Positions 9,226 through 17,837 of a stretch of DNA of 36,169 nt are shown piece by piece. The number at the start of each line of letters is the position of its first letter. Positions within the stretch are counted from its first letter, which is position 1. Made by a program: the position numbers and the translations under genes. Below the pieces are notes generated by a model. That model was given only the letters and a program-made list of their open reading frames with translations. It was not told the DNA's origin and made no database searches. Source of the DNA: Chthoniobacteraceae bacterium (lineage in GTDB: Bacteria > Verrucomicrobiota > Verrucomicrobiia > Chthoniobacterales > Chthoniobacteraceae); assembly GCA_031409655.1 (NCBI GenBank), contig JANNXQ010000257.1, forward strand, positions 1 through 36,169, read 5' to 3'.

Positions 9226-9438
9226 GGTGCGGGACACTGAGCGGACCTCCGGCAGAATTCGATCACGTTTTTACATTCCTTCGCATCGGCGAGGCGGAGA
9301 GCGCGCACCTCCGGATTTTAGCGCTCAAGAATTGCCGCCGATCTCGCCGCCCGAGCGGTCAGCGCGATCACCCCGGGTCAATGAGGTTTCCTCCGAGTTC
9401 GTGCTGTTCGGAGCCAAAGAGGATTGCCCCGCGGTGAT

Positions 9439-9451
9439 TTAATACGCATAC
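9439..9451 (+). promoter_or_regulatory. Degenerate third copy of the operator (TTAATACGCATAC)
   Basis: 12 of 13 bases match 1786-1798 (TTAATACGCAGAC); about 57 bp upstream of the radical SAM gene. Confidence 0.5.
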
Positions 9452-9508
9452 ACACTATTTCGTTGCGTCGTCCCTCCGTATCCGCGACTCTCCCGCCGCC
9501 CCGCCACT

Positions 9509-10843
9509 ATGACCACTGAGACCTTCGACCGCCTGCTCGCCGATGGCGACGAGACCACTGCCGGGAACTACTTCGTCGCGAACTACCCGCCGTTTTCGTT
9601 TTGGGAAAAGGACAAGGCCGAGGAGGTCCGCCGCGCGCTCGCCAATCCCGCGCCGCCCGAGGTTCCGCTCGGCGTTTATTTCCACATCCCCTTTTGCCGG
9701 AAGCGCTGCCACTTCTGCTACTTCCGCGTCTATACGGATAAGAACGCCGACGACATCAAGGGCTACCTCGACGACGGGATGCGCGAACTGGAGATGTATG
9801 CCGCGACGCCGCGCATCGCGGGGCGGAAGCCGAAGTTCGTCTATTTCGGAGGCGGCACGCCGAGTTACTTGAGCGTCGCGCAACTCACCGCGCTCACCGA
9901 TCGCATGAAGGCGATGCTGCCGTGGGACGAAGCCGAGGAGGTCGCCTTCGAGGCGGAGCCGGGCACGCTCACCGAGGCCAAGCTGAGCGCCATCCGCGAC
10001 ATCGGCATCACCCGGCTGTCGCTCGGCGTCGAGAACTTCGACAAGCATCTCCTGGAGATCAACGGGCGCGCGCACAAAGAGGACGAAATCTACCGCGCTT
10101 ACAATTTCGCCCGGAAGATCGGTTTCCCGCAGATCAACATCGACCTCATCGCCGGGATGATCGAGGAGACCGACGCCAACTGGCAGCGCAACATCGCCAA
10201 GACCATCGAGCTGCAACCGGACAGCGTCACGATCTACCAGATGGAGATCCCGTATAACACGACCATCTACCAGGAGATGAAGGCCGCGGGGAAGTTGGTC
10301 GCGCCGGTCGCCGACTGGCACACTAAGCGGCGCTGGGTGGAGGAGGCATTCGCGGCCCTGGAAAAGAACGGCTACACCGTGACTAGCGCGACCACCGCTG
10401 TGCGCGATCCGCAGAAGACGAAGTTCCTTTACCGCGATCTGCTCTGGCAGGGTGCGGACTTACTCGGCCTCGGCGTCGCCAGCTTCAGCCATGTCGCCGG
10501 CGTACATTTTCAAAATCTGCCGGACTTCGAGAGCTATACCGCGGCCGTCGAGCGCGGCGAACTGCCCATCGGTCGTGCGCTGGCGACCACCGTCGAAGAG
10601 CGCATGATCCGTGAACTAATTCTGCAATTGAAGTTGGGCCGGGTCAGCCAGAGTTACTTTCAGGAGAAGTTTGGCGTCGTCATCGCCCAGCGTTTTCACG
10701 AACCCATCGACGAATTGAAGCGCCGCGGCCTGCTCTCCGCGCAAGGCGACTGGCTGGTGCTCACCCGTGGCGCACTGCTCAAGGTGGACGTGATCCTGCA
10801 CGCCTTCTTTCTCCCGCAGCACCGCAACGCCCGGTACACATGA
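9509..10843 (+). CDS. HemN/HemW-like radical SAM protein
   Basis: 'YFHIPFCRKRCHFCYF' (CxxxCxxC), 'YFGGGTPS', 'RLSLGV', 'INIDLIAG', 'LLGLGVASFS'. Confidence 0.9.
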   Translation: MTTETFDRLLADGDETTAGNYFVANYPPFSFWEKDKAEEVRRALANPAPPEVPLGVYFHIPFCRKRCHFCYFRVYTDKNADDIKGYLDDGMRELEMYAATPRIAGRKPKFVYFGGGTPSYLSVAQLTALTDRMKAMLPWDEAEEVAFEAEPGTLTEAKLSAIRDIGITRLSLGVENFDKHLLEINGRAHKEDEIYRAYNFARKIGFPQINIDLIAGMIEETDANWQRNIAKTIELQPDSVTIYQMEIPYNTTIYQEMKAAGKLVAPVADWHTKRRWVEEAFAALEKNGYTVTSATTAVRDPQKTKFLYRDLLWQGADLLGLGVASFSHVAGVHFQNLPDFESYTAAVERGELPIGRALATTVEERMIRELILQLKLGRVSQSYFQEKFGVVIAQRFHEPIDELKRRGLLSAQGDWLVLTRGALLKVDVILHAFFLPQHRNARYT

Positions 10844-11385
10844 CGGCTCCCGCCTCCCAGACCGATCTCCTCTATCCGCTCTCCCACTTTTTCCGCCTGA
10901 GCGGGGAAGTGCTTCCACCGTGCGAAAGCATCTCCGGCCCGGCCATGCCCGAGCCGTATCGCGCGCTCCTCGTGCACCATGGAGACATGACTTCACGGCT
11001 GGAGAAGTTTCACGGCGCCGCGATGAAACTCCGCGTGCTGCACTCCGAGCACGAGGGGAATACCTACCGCCGCGAAGTGCTGCTCTGCACCGAGGACGGT
11101 GGACTGCCCGTGGAGTACGGCGCGATCGCCATCGACCTCACGCAGTTTGCCGAGCCGTTGCGCTCGCTCATCCTGGGAGGCCGCCAGCCGCTTGGCGGAC
11201 TGCTCAATCGCCACGCCATCCGCTATCGCAGCGAGCCGCGCGCCTTCCTTCGGCTGGCCCCGGACTCGGCGATGGATGCCCATTTTGACCTCGTGGGGGC
11301 GCACACGCTCTATGGCCGGTGCAATGTTTTGCTCGGGGACCGCGACCAAGTGCTCGCGCGGATCGTAGAAGTCTTACGCCCATGA
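10840..11385 (+). CDS. Chorismate pyruvate-lyase (UbiC/UTRA) fold protein
   Basis: Pattern 'DMTSRLE...YRREVLL...PLGGLL...YGRCNVL...RIVEVL' parallels UbiC-fold motifs; ATGA-coupled on both sides. Confidence 0.6.
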   Translation: MTAPASQTDLLYPLSHFFRLSGEVLPPCESISGPAMPEPYRALLVHHGDMTSRLEKFHGAAMKLRVLHSEHEGNTYRREVLLCTEDGGLPVEYGAIAIDLTQFAEPLRSLILGGRQPLGGLLNRHAIRYRSEPRAFLRLAPDSAMDAHFDLVGAHTLYGRCNVLLGDRDQVLARIVEVLRP

Positions 11386-12638
11386 ACTACGAAGCCATCA
11401 TCATCGGTGCCGGTCCCGCCGGCTCCACTACCGCTGCGCTGCTCGCCGAAAAGGGACGTCGGGTGCTCGTGCTCGAAAAAGAAAAGTTTCCCCGCTACCA
11501 CATCGGCGAATCGCTCATGCCCTTCTGCTGGTTTTCTCTGAATCGACTCGGAGTGCTGGAGGAAATGGATCGCATCGCCTACACCCGGAAATACAGCGTG
11601 CAATTCGTGACCCCGGATGGCCGGCAGTCGCAGCCCTTCTATTTCTTCCAGCACTACGACCATCCCAGTGCCATCACTTGGCAGGTGGAGCGCGCGGACT
11701 TCGATGTGATGCTGCTCAACAATGCCCGGAAGAAAGGTGCCGAAGTGCGCGAGCAGACGCCGGTCACGCGAATGCTCAAGGACGACAGTGGCACGGTCAT
11801 TGGCGTGGAGGCGAAAGGCGCGGATGGAAAGACCTTCGAGGCCTTCGCGCCGATCACCATCGACTGCTCGGGGCGCCAGCAGGTGGCCACCGCCCGCGAT
11901 GGGTGGCGGGTGAAAGATCCGCAACTCAACAAGCTCGCGATTTGGACTTACTTCCGCGGCGCAAAACGCGATCCCGGCATCGACGAAGGAAACACCACCG
12001 TGGCCTATGTCGAGGGCCGTGGCTGGTTCTGGTACATTCCGCTCAAGGACGACATCGTGAGCGTCGGCATCGTCGCGGAGAAAGACTACCTCTTCTCCGA
12101 ATCGAAAGACCCTGCCGAGATCATGTGCCGCGAGATCGGGCGCAATGCGTGGATTAAAGATCACCTCAGCGTCGGCCAACAATTCGGCGAGTACTGGGTG
12201 ACGAGCGAATTTTCCTACCGTTCGAAGTATTGCGCCGCCGATGGCCTGTTGCTTGCCGGTGACGCCTTTGCCTTCCTCGATCCGGTCTTTTCGAGCGGCG
12301 TCTTCCTCGCCCTGAAGAGCGGCGAACTCGCCGCCGACGCCGTGGATGCCGCACTCACCGCCGGCGACGTGAGCGCCGCTCGCTTCGACGGCTACGGAGA
12401 GACGCTCTGCCGCGGCATCGAGAATATGCGCAAGGTGGTCTATGCCTTCTACGACGAGAACTTCTCTTTCGGCAAAATGATCAAAGCCTACCCCGAGCAG
12501 CGCGGTCCGCTGACCGACTCGCTGATCGGCGACTTGTTCGAGTTGGACTTCACCGCACTCCACGCGGCGATGGGTGAGTTTGCCGAAATCCCCCCGCCGC
12601 TCGCGCACGGTCGCGCGCCGGCGTCCGTCGCGGCATGA
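11382..12638 (+). CDS. FAD-dependent oxidoreductase, flavin-dependent halogenase-like
   Basis: 'IIGAGPAG', 'FPRYHIGES', Lys in 'YTRKYSVQF', WxWxIP motif 'GWFWYIP', 'GDAFAFLDPVFSSGV'. Start MNYEA at 11382. Confidence 0.85.
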   Translation: MNYEAIIIGAGPAGSTTAALLAEKGRRVLVLEKEKFPRYHIGESLMPFCWFSLNRLGVLEEMDRIAYTRKYSVQFVTPDGRQSQPFYFFQHYDHPSAITWQVERADFDVMLLNNARKKGAEVREQTPVTRMLKDDSGTVIGVEAKGADGKTFEAFAPITIDCSGRQQVATARDGWRVKDPQLNKLAIWTYFRGAKRDPGIDEGNTTVAYVEGRGWFWYIPLKDDIVSVGIVAEKDYLFSESKDPAEIMCREIGRNAWIKDHLSVGQQFGEYWVTSEFSYRSKYCAADGLLLAGDAFAFLDPVFSSGVFLALKSGELAADAVDAALTAGDVSAARFDGYGETLCRGIENMRKVVYAFYDENFSFGKMIKAYPEQRGPLTDSLIGDLFELDFTALHAAMGEFAEIPPPLAHGRAPASVAA

Positions 12639-13918
12639 GCGTGCGGCTCGGGTTGCTGCTCTGCTTCGCCACGGCCTCCGCGGTGGCTGCGGACTGGCCG
12701 CATTTCCTCGGGCCGAACTACGACAACACCTCCGCCGAAACTGGCCTGCTCGACGAATGGCCCGCGGAAGGTCCGCGCAAGCTGTGGGAGTATCCGAAAG
12801 GTGCGGGCCACTCCACGCCGGCGATCAGTGGCGGGCGCGTGGTCGTCTTCCACGCGGAGGGGAAGAAAGAAATCGTCGATGCGCTCGACGCGCGCAGCGG
12901 CGAGCGGCAGTGGCGCCACGAATACGACGCGCCCTTTACCCCGAAATACGGCGGCGGCTCCGGCCCATGCACAAACCCAACGATTGCCGACGGACGCGTC
13001 TTCACACTCGGACTTTCGAGCCGACTGCACTGCCTCGATCTCGCCACGGGCAAAGTCCGGTGGCAGCGCGACCTCGCCAGGGAGTATGACTTACTGCCGA
13101 CCTTCTTCGGCCAGGGTGGCACGCCACTCGTGTTCGGGAATCGGCTGATCGTCTCCCTCGGCACGAGGGATCAGAAGTCCGTCATCGCGCTCGATGCCGC
13201 GACCGGCAAAGAAGTTTGGGCCGCGAAACACGCGTGGGGTTCAAGTTACTCCTCACCCATTCCGGCGACGCTCCACGGCCGCGAGTGCATCCTCGCTTTC
13301 CAAGGTGGCATGGAGGAAACGCCGACCGGCGGCCTGCTCGTCATCGATGCAAAGACTGGTGCGGTCCTCAGCGCCACGCCACATCGGGCGACGATGTTTG
13401 CCAGCGTGAATGTGTCCGCGCCCGTCGTAGTCGGAAACCGCATCTTCATCGCCGAGGCTTACACGGAGGGCGGCGTGTGCGTGGAGATCGCACCGGACTT
13501 TTCCGCCAAGGCAGTGTGGACCGCGAAGAAGTTCGACACGTATCTCACCACCGCCGTGGCGCACCAAGGTCACCTTTACGGTTCGGCCGGGATGCATCAG
13601 CAAAATGCCGAATTCGCCTGCTCCGAGATCGCCTCGGGCAAAGAGCAGTGGCGCGCGGATCTTGGCGGAAAATTCCAACGCGCATCCTTGATCCGCGCCG
13701 ACGGTTCCTTCCTCTGCCTCGGTGAAAACGGGGACCTCGCCTGGCTCGATCTCTCGCCCAAAGGGGCCGCGATCAAGATGCGGGCGAAACTCTTCCACGC
13801 GCCCGAGACCTGGACGCCACCCGTTATCAGCGATAGCCGTCTTTTCATCTGCCAGAACCAACCCGGCACTGGTGGAACGAAAGCGCGGGTGATCTGCTAC
13901 GGGTTTGCGGGGAAATGA
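12635..13918 (+). CDS. Secreted PQQ-like beta-propeller repeat protein
   Basis: Signal peptide 'ASAVA-ADWPHFLGP'; repeated 'ALDA.TG...W' blades; 'TWTPP'. Confidence 0.88.
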   Translation: MSVRLGLLLCFATASAVAADWPHFLGPNYDNTSAETGLLDEWPAEGPRKLWEYPKGAGHSTPAISGGRVVVFHAEGKKEIVDALDARSGERQWRHEYDAPFTPKYGGGSGPCTNPTIADGRVFTLGLSSRLHCLDLATGKVRWQRDLAREYDLLPTFFGQGGTPLVFGNRLIVSLGTRDQKSVIALDAATGKEVWAAKHAWGSSYSSPIPATLHGRECILAFQGGMEETPTGGLLVIDAKTGAVLSATPHRATMFASVNVSAPVVVGNRIFIAEAYTEGGVCVEIAPDFSAKAVWTAKKFDTYLTTAVAHQGHLYGSAGMHQQNAEFACSEIASGKEQWRADLGGKFQRASLIRADGSFLCLGENGDLAWLDLSPKGAAIKMRAKLFHAPETWTPPVISDSRLFICQNQPGTGGTKARVICYGFAGK

Positions 13919-15273
13919 ACATCGTCCTCCTGACCCCCGGCACCGGCAGCTACCACTGCGGCGTGTGCATGCGCGACAATGCGCTCGCGCGGGAACTCAT
14001 CCGCCAGGGCCATCGCGCGCTGATGCTGCCGATGTATCTCCCGCTCACCCTCGACGAAGACGCGGCGTCTCCGCAGACGCCGATCTTTTTCGGCGGCGTG
14101 AGCACCTACTTGCGGGAGAAAGTGCCACTGCTCCGCCACATGCCGCGCTGGCTGGATCGACTGCTTTCGCAGCGCGCTTTGCTCAAACTTCTCGCGGGAA
14201 AAGCCGCCGCAAAAACCGGCGGGCCGGACGTCGCGGAGATGACGCTCTCGATGTTGCGCGGGGAGGAGGGAAATCAGGCGGGCGAAATCGAGGAGCTGAT
14301 CGCGTGGCTGCGCGAACACGGAAAACCCGCGGCCGTGTGGATCTCGACCGCCCTCCAGGCCGGGCTCGCGCGGCGGATCAAGGCGGCGCTCCGTGTGCCG
14401 GTGCTTGGTTTCCTGCAAGGTGAAGACACTTTCATCGATGGACTCGGCGAGCCGTGGAGTGCGCGCGTGTGGGCCTTGCTCGCGGAGCGGATGCGCGATG
14501 CGGATCTGTGGATCGCGCCGAGCCGTTACTTTGCGGATCGCATGGCGAAAAGACTCGGGTGGAGTGCGGAGGAATGTGCGCGGCGGGTGCGGGTGATTCC
14601 GAATGGGGTGTCGCTCGAGGGGTATGAAACTCCAAACTCCAAACTCCAAACTCCAAACTCCAAACCGACCATCGGCTACCTCGCGCGGTTTGTGCCCGGC
14701 AAAGGAATCGGGCTGCTCGTCGATGCTTTCATCCTGCTGAAGAAACGCGGGCGCTTTCCCGACTTGAAATTGCGCTGCGCGGGCTCGATGACGGACGGCG
14801 ATGCGCGCTACGTCGAGACGCTCCAGGCGCGGCTCGCGGACGCGGGCGTGGCCGGAGAGGTCGAGTGGCTGCCGAATGTGAGCCGCGAGGAGAAGATCAC
14901 CTTCCTCGAAAGCCTTACCGTTTTCTCCGTGCCGGCGACTTACAGCGAAGCTTTCGGGCAATACGTCATCGAAGCGCTCGCGGCGGGCGTGCCGGTGGTG
15001 CTGCCGCGGGCCTCGGCTTTCCCGGAGATCGTTGAGGCGACGGGCGGCGGGTGGCTCTTCGACCTCGGTTCGGACGAGGCGCGCAGTGCGGAGCATCTGG
15101 CCGAGGCCCTCGAAACAGCGCTCGCCGATCCCGCCGCGGCGCGTGCTGCCGGAGAGCGCGGGCGCGAAGCGGTGCGGCGCGAATACACCATGACGCGGCT
15201 TGCCGAGCGGCTCGTCGCGGCGACCTCTGCCCTCGGCCAAGGCAGCCTTGCCCGTGCGGGAGCGGTCCAGTAG
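13915..15273 (+). CDS. Glycosyltransferase family 4 (GT-B)
   Basis: 'VIPNGV', 'IGYLARFVPGKG', EX7E motif 'EAFGQYVIEALAAGVPVV'; N-terminal 'YHCGVCMRD'. Confidence 0.9.
   Translation: MNIVLLTPGTGSYHCGVCMRDNALARELIRQGHRALMLPMYLPLTLDEDAASPQTPIFFGGVSTYLREKVPLLRHMPRWLDRLLSQRALLKLLAGKAAAKTGGPDVAEMTLSMLRGEEGNQAGEIEELIAWLREHGKPAAVWISTALQAGLARRIKAALRVPVLGFLQGEDTFIDGLGEPWSARVWALLAERMRDADLWIAPSRYFADRMAKRLGWSAEECARRVRVIPNGVSLEGYETPNSKLQTPNSKPTIGYLARFVPGKGIGLLVDAFILLKKRGRFPDLKLRCAGSMTDGDARYVETLQARLADAGVAGEVEWLPNVSREEKITFLESLTVFSVPATYSEAFGQYVIEALAAGVPVVLPRASAFPEIVEATGGGWLFDLGSDEARSAEHLAEALETALADPAAARAAGERGREAVRREYTMTRLAERLVAATSALGQGSLARAGAVQ
14627..14661 (+). repeat. Perfect heptamer tract (AAACTCC)x5 in the GT4 inter-domain linker
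   Basis: Read directly; encodes ETPNSKLQTPNSK. Confidence 0.9.
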
Positions 15274-15282
15274 TTTCTTCCC

Positions 15283-15519
15283 ATGGCTCCCGATCGCATT
15301 CGTCAGCAACTCCGCAAAATGCCCTTCGTCCCGTTCACGGTCGAACTGGCGAGCGGGAAGCGCGTTCGTATCGAACATCCAGATTACACCATGCTTTCTC
15401 CGGCCGGGCGCACGCTCGTCGTCTTTACCGACCTCGACGATACCAATATGGAGATGATCGACGTCTTCCTGATCACGAATCTCTCCATCGAGAGCGGCAG
15501 CGAGACGGCGACCGCCTGA
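15283..15519 (+). CDS. Small hypothetical protein (78 aa)
   Basis: 'IRQQLRKMPFVPFTVELASGKRVRIEHPDY'; fits exactly between GT4 and the thioesterase (TGATG overlap). Confidence 0.7.
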   Translation: MAPDRIRQQLRKMPFVPFTVELASGKRVRIEHPDYTMLSPAGRTLVVFTDLDDTNMEMIDVFLITNLSIESGSETATA

Positions 15520-15974
15520 TGCCTCACGAATTCAAGCTCACCCGGCGCATCGAGTTTGCCGAGACGGACATGGCCGGGATCGTCCACTTCGCGAATTTCT
15601 TCCGCATGATGGAGGCCACCGAGCACGCTTTCTTCCGGTCGCTCGGCTTTTCCATCCACGCGCATGAAAATGGCGCGACCACTGGCTGGCCGCGGGTCAG
15701 TGCGGCGTGCGATTACCGCGCGCCGTTGCGTTTCGAGGAGGAGGTCGAGATTCACCTCCTCGTCGCCGAAGTGCGCTCCCGTTCGATCCGTTACCAGTTC
15801 ATCTTCCGGAGAGTCGCCGACGGCACCGAAGTCGCCCGCGGACGGATCGCCGCCGTCTGCGCGAGCGTGGACAAGACCACCGGCAAGCTCGTGCCCGTAC
15901 CCATCCCGGAAAATATCCGCAGTAAGATCACGCCCGCGCCGGCGGAGTTGATTACTTCCACTTCCTCCAACTAA
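15519..15974 (+). CDS. Acyl-CoA thioesterase, 4HBT/YbgC hotdog family
   Basis: 'FAETDMAGIVHFANFFRMME', 'CDYRAPLRFEE'. True start MPHEF at 15519. Confidence 0.9.
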   Translation: MPHEFKLTRRIEFAETDMAGIVHFANFFRMMEATEHAFFRSLGFSIHAHENGATTGWPRVSAACDYRAPLRFEEEVEIHLLVAEVRSRSIRYQFIFRRVADGTEVARGRIAAVCASVDKTTGKLVPVPIPENIRSKITPAPAELITSTSSN

Positions 15975-15986
15975 CCACCCCAACCC

Positions 15987-16529
15987 ATGCCCGCCACCGA
16001 CTCCCACACTTCCACCACTTGGCTCACCTTTGCCCTGCTCACCGTGCTCTGCTGGGGCACTTACGGCGTCTTTCTCCACACGGGGCAGATGGGCATGGCC
16101 GATCCCGCGAATGGGCGCATGAAGGCGTTTCTTTTCGTCGGCATCGCGTACTTCCTCGCGGCGGTGCTGGCGCCGCTCATCATCCTCGTCCTCAGCGGGG
16201 CGACCTGGGTGTATCCGTTCAAGGGCATGGCGTGGTCGCTCATCGCGGGGATCGTCGGGGCGATCGGTGCGCTCGGGGTGCTGCTCGCTTTCGGCGCAAA
16301 AGGGAATCCCGCGGTGGTCATGACCATCGTCTTCTCCGGGGCGCCAGTGGTGAATGCGATCATCTCGCTGATCGTCGCGCCGCCCGACGGTGGGCTGGGG
16401 AAAGTGCCGGGACTTTTCTGGGTCGGGATGATCATGGCCGTGGTCGGCGGCGCGCTCGTGACGAAAAACAAACCCGCACCGCATGTCGCGAAGAAGCCAG
16501 TGGCCGTGGTCGAGCAGAGCGCGAAGTAG
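15987..16529 (+). CDS. Small multi-pass membrane protein (single EamA/DMT-like repeat)
   Basis: About 5 hydrophobic helices; 'FALLTVLCWGTYG', 'GAPVVNAII'. Confidence 0.7.
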   Translation: MPATDSHTSTTWLTFALLTVLCWGTYGVFLHTGQMGMADPANGRMKAFLFVGIAYFLAAVLAPLIILVLSGATWVYPFKGMAWSLIAGIVGAIGALGVLLAFGAKGNPAVVMTIVFSGAPVVNAIISLIVAPPDGGLGKVPGLFWVGMIMAVVGGALVTKNKPAPHVAKKPVAVVEQSAK

Positions 16530-16546
16530 AATGTGAAGCGCTCTTC

Positions 16547-16608
16547 CAAGGAGTAGGGGCGCCCTCGCCCCGTGTCACTCCTTGGGGCGAGGGCGCCCCT
16601 GCTCCTTG
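16547..16608. repeat. REP-like palindrome (GTAG-type), intergenic
   Basis: Arms CAAGGAGTAGGGGCGCCCTCGCCCC and GGGGCGAGGGCGCCCCTGCTCCTTG. Confidence 0.8.
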
Positions 16609-16613
16609 ACTCG

Positions 16614-17837
16614 ATGACTCAACTCGAACGCCTCCGAGTGTTGCTCGCGCGGATCACGCCGGGCAATCGCTTCTACACCCGCCGACTCGCCGCTGCGGGG
16701 GTGACATCCGACGTTGCGAGTCTCGCGGAGTTTTCGGAGCGCATGACTTTCACGCACAAGGTGGAACTCGTCAGCGACCAGGCGCAGCATCCGCCTTACG
16801 GCTCGAACCTCACCGAGCCGCTCGAACGCTACACGCACTTCTGCCAGACGAGCGGGACCACGGGCCGGCCGCTGGTCTGGCTCGACACGGAGGAGAGCTG
16901 GGAGTGGTTGCAGGAGAATTGGGCGGCGAAGTATCGCGCCGCGCGGCTCGCCCAGGGGGAGCGCATCTACTTCGCGTTTTCCTTCGGGCCGTTCCTTGGC
17001 TTCTGGACGGCTTTCACGGCGGCGGCGCGGTGCGGGCATCTCGGAATTCCTGGCGGCGGACTCGGCAGCGGCGCGCGGCTGCGGGCGATGATCCAGCACC
17101 GCGCGACGGTGCTCTGCTGCACGCCCACTTATGCCCTGCATCTCACTCACGCGGCGGCGGAGGAAGGCATCGACCTGCGCGAAGCGGCGGTGCGCCACAT
17201 CATCGTCGCCGGCGAGACCGGCGGAAGCGTGCCGGAAGTCCGCGAGCGGATCAGCCGCGCGTGGAATGGTGCGATCGTGCTCGATCACTACGGGATGACG
17301 GAAGTCGGGCCGGTCGCGTATCAGACGCCGGAGCACCCTGGACTGATGCACGTCATCGAGGACAGCTACTATGCCGAGATCGTGGAGCCGGAGACCGGCG
17401 AGCCCGTCGCGCCGGGTGCCGTGGGCGAACTCGTTCTCACCACGCTCGGGCGCTCCGCATGTCCGCTGCTGCGCTATCGCACCGGCGATCTCGTGCGCCG
17501 CGCGCTGGACGTGCCGGGCTTTGCGCTGGCCGGCGGGATCATCGGACGCGCGGATGACATGGTCATCGTGCGCGGCGTGAATCTCTACCCGAGCGCCGTG
17601 GATGCCGTGGTGAAGCTGATCCCCGCAGTGCTCGAATATCGCGTCGAGGTCACCCGGCGCGGCGCGCTTCCCGAGATCGAAGTGCAGATCGAATCGCCGG
17701 ACGACGACGCGGCGAAGAAGCTCGAGCGCGCCTTGAACGCGGCGTTTTCCCTGCGCATCCCGGTGACGCGCGTGGCGGCGCATTCGCTCCCGCGCTTCGA
17801 GATGAAGGCGCGCCGCTGGGTGAAAACCGGTCTATGA
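16614..17837 (+). CDS. Phenylacetate-CoA ligase (PaaK)-like adenylate-forming enzyme
   Basis: 'TSGTTG', 'DHYGMTE', 'RYRTGD', 'GRADDMVIVRGVN.YPS'. Start MTQLER after the REP. Confidence 0.88.
   Translation: MTQLERLRVLLARITPGNRFYTRRLAAAGVTSDVASLAEFSERMTFTHKVELVSDQAQHPPYGSNLTEPLERYTHFCQTSGTTGRPLVWLDTEESWEWLQENWAAKYRAARLAQGERIYFAFSFGPFLGFWTAFTAAARCGHLGIPGGGLGSGARLRAMIQHRATVLCCTPTYALHLTHAAAEEGIDLREAAVRHIIVAGETGGSVPEVRERISRAWNGAIVLDHYGMTEVGPVAYQTPEHPGLMHVIEDSYYAEIVEPETGEPVAPGAVGELVLTTLGRSACPLLRYRTGDLVRRALDVPGFALAGGIIGRADDMVIVRGVNLYPSAVDAVVKLIPAVLEYRVEVTRRGALPEIEVQIESPDDDAAKKLERALNAAFSLRIPVTRVAAHSLPRFEMKARRWVKTGL

Noticed and set aside
9240..9438. Riboswitch upstream of the radical SAM operon
   Set aside because: Only short hairpins; no SAM, cobalamin or TPP consensus recognisable by eye. 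An Rfam scan would settle it.
9509..10843. Calling the radical SAM gene hemN (heme biosynthesis)
   Set aside because: Family motifs fit, but no hem genes are nearby and HemN-like proteins have many other functions; symbol withheld.
7390..13918. Propellers as PQQ-dependent dehydrogenases or BamB
   Set aside because: They are shorter than typical quinoprotein dehydrogenases, no pqq or bam genes are in the window, and no convincing lipobox was seen.
16614..17837. Phenylacetate catabolic (paa) operon
   Set aside because: No paaABCDE, paaZ or paaG; the ligase sits among biosynthetic-type genes.
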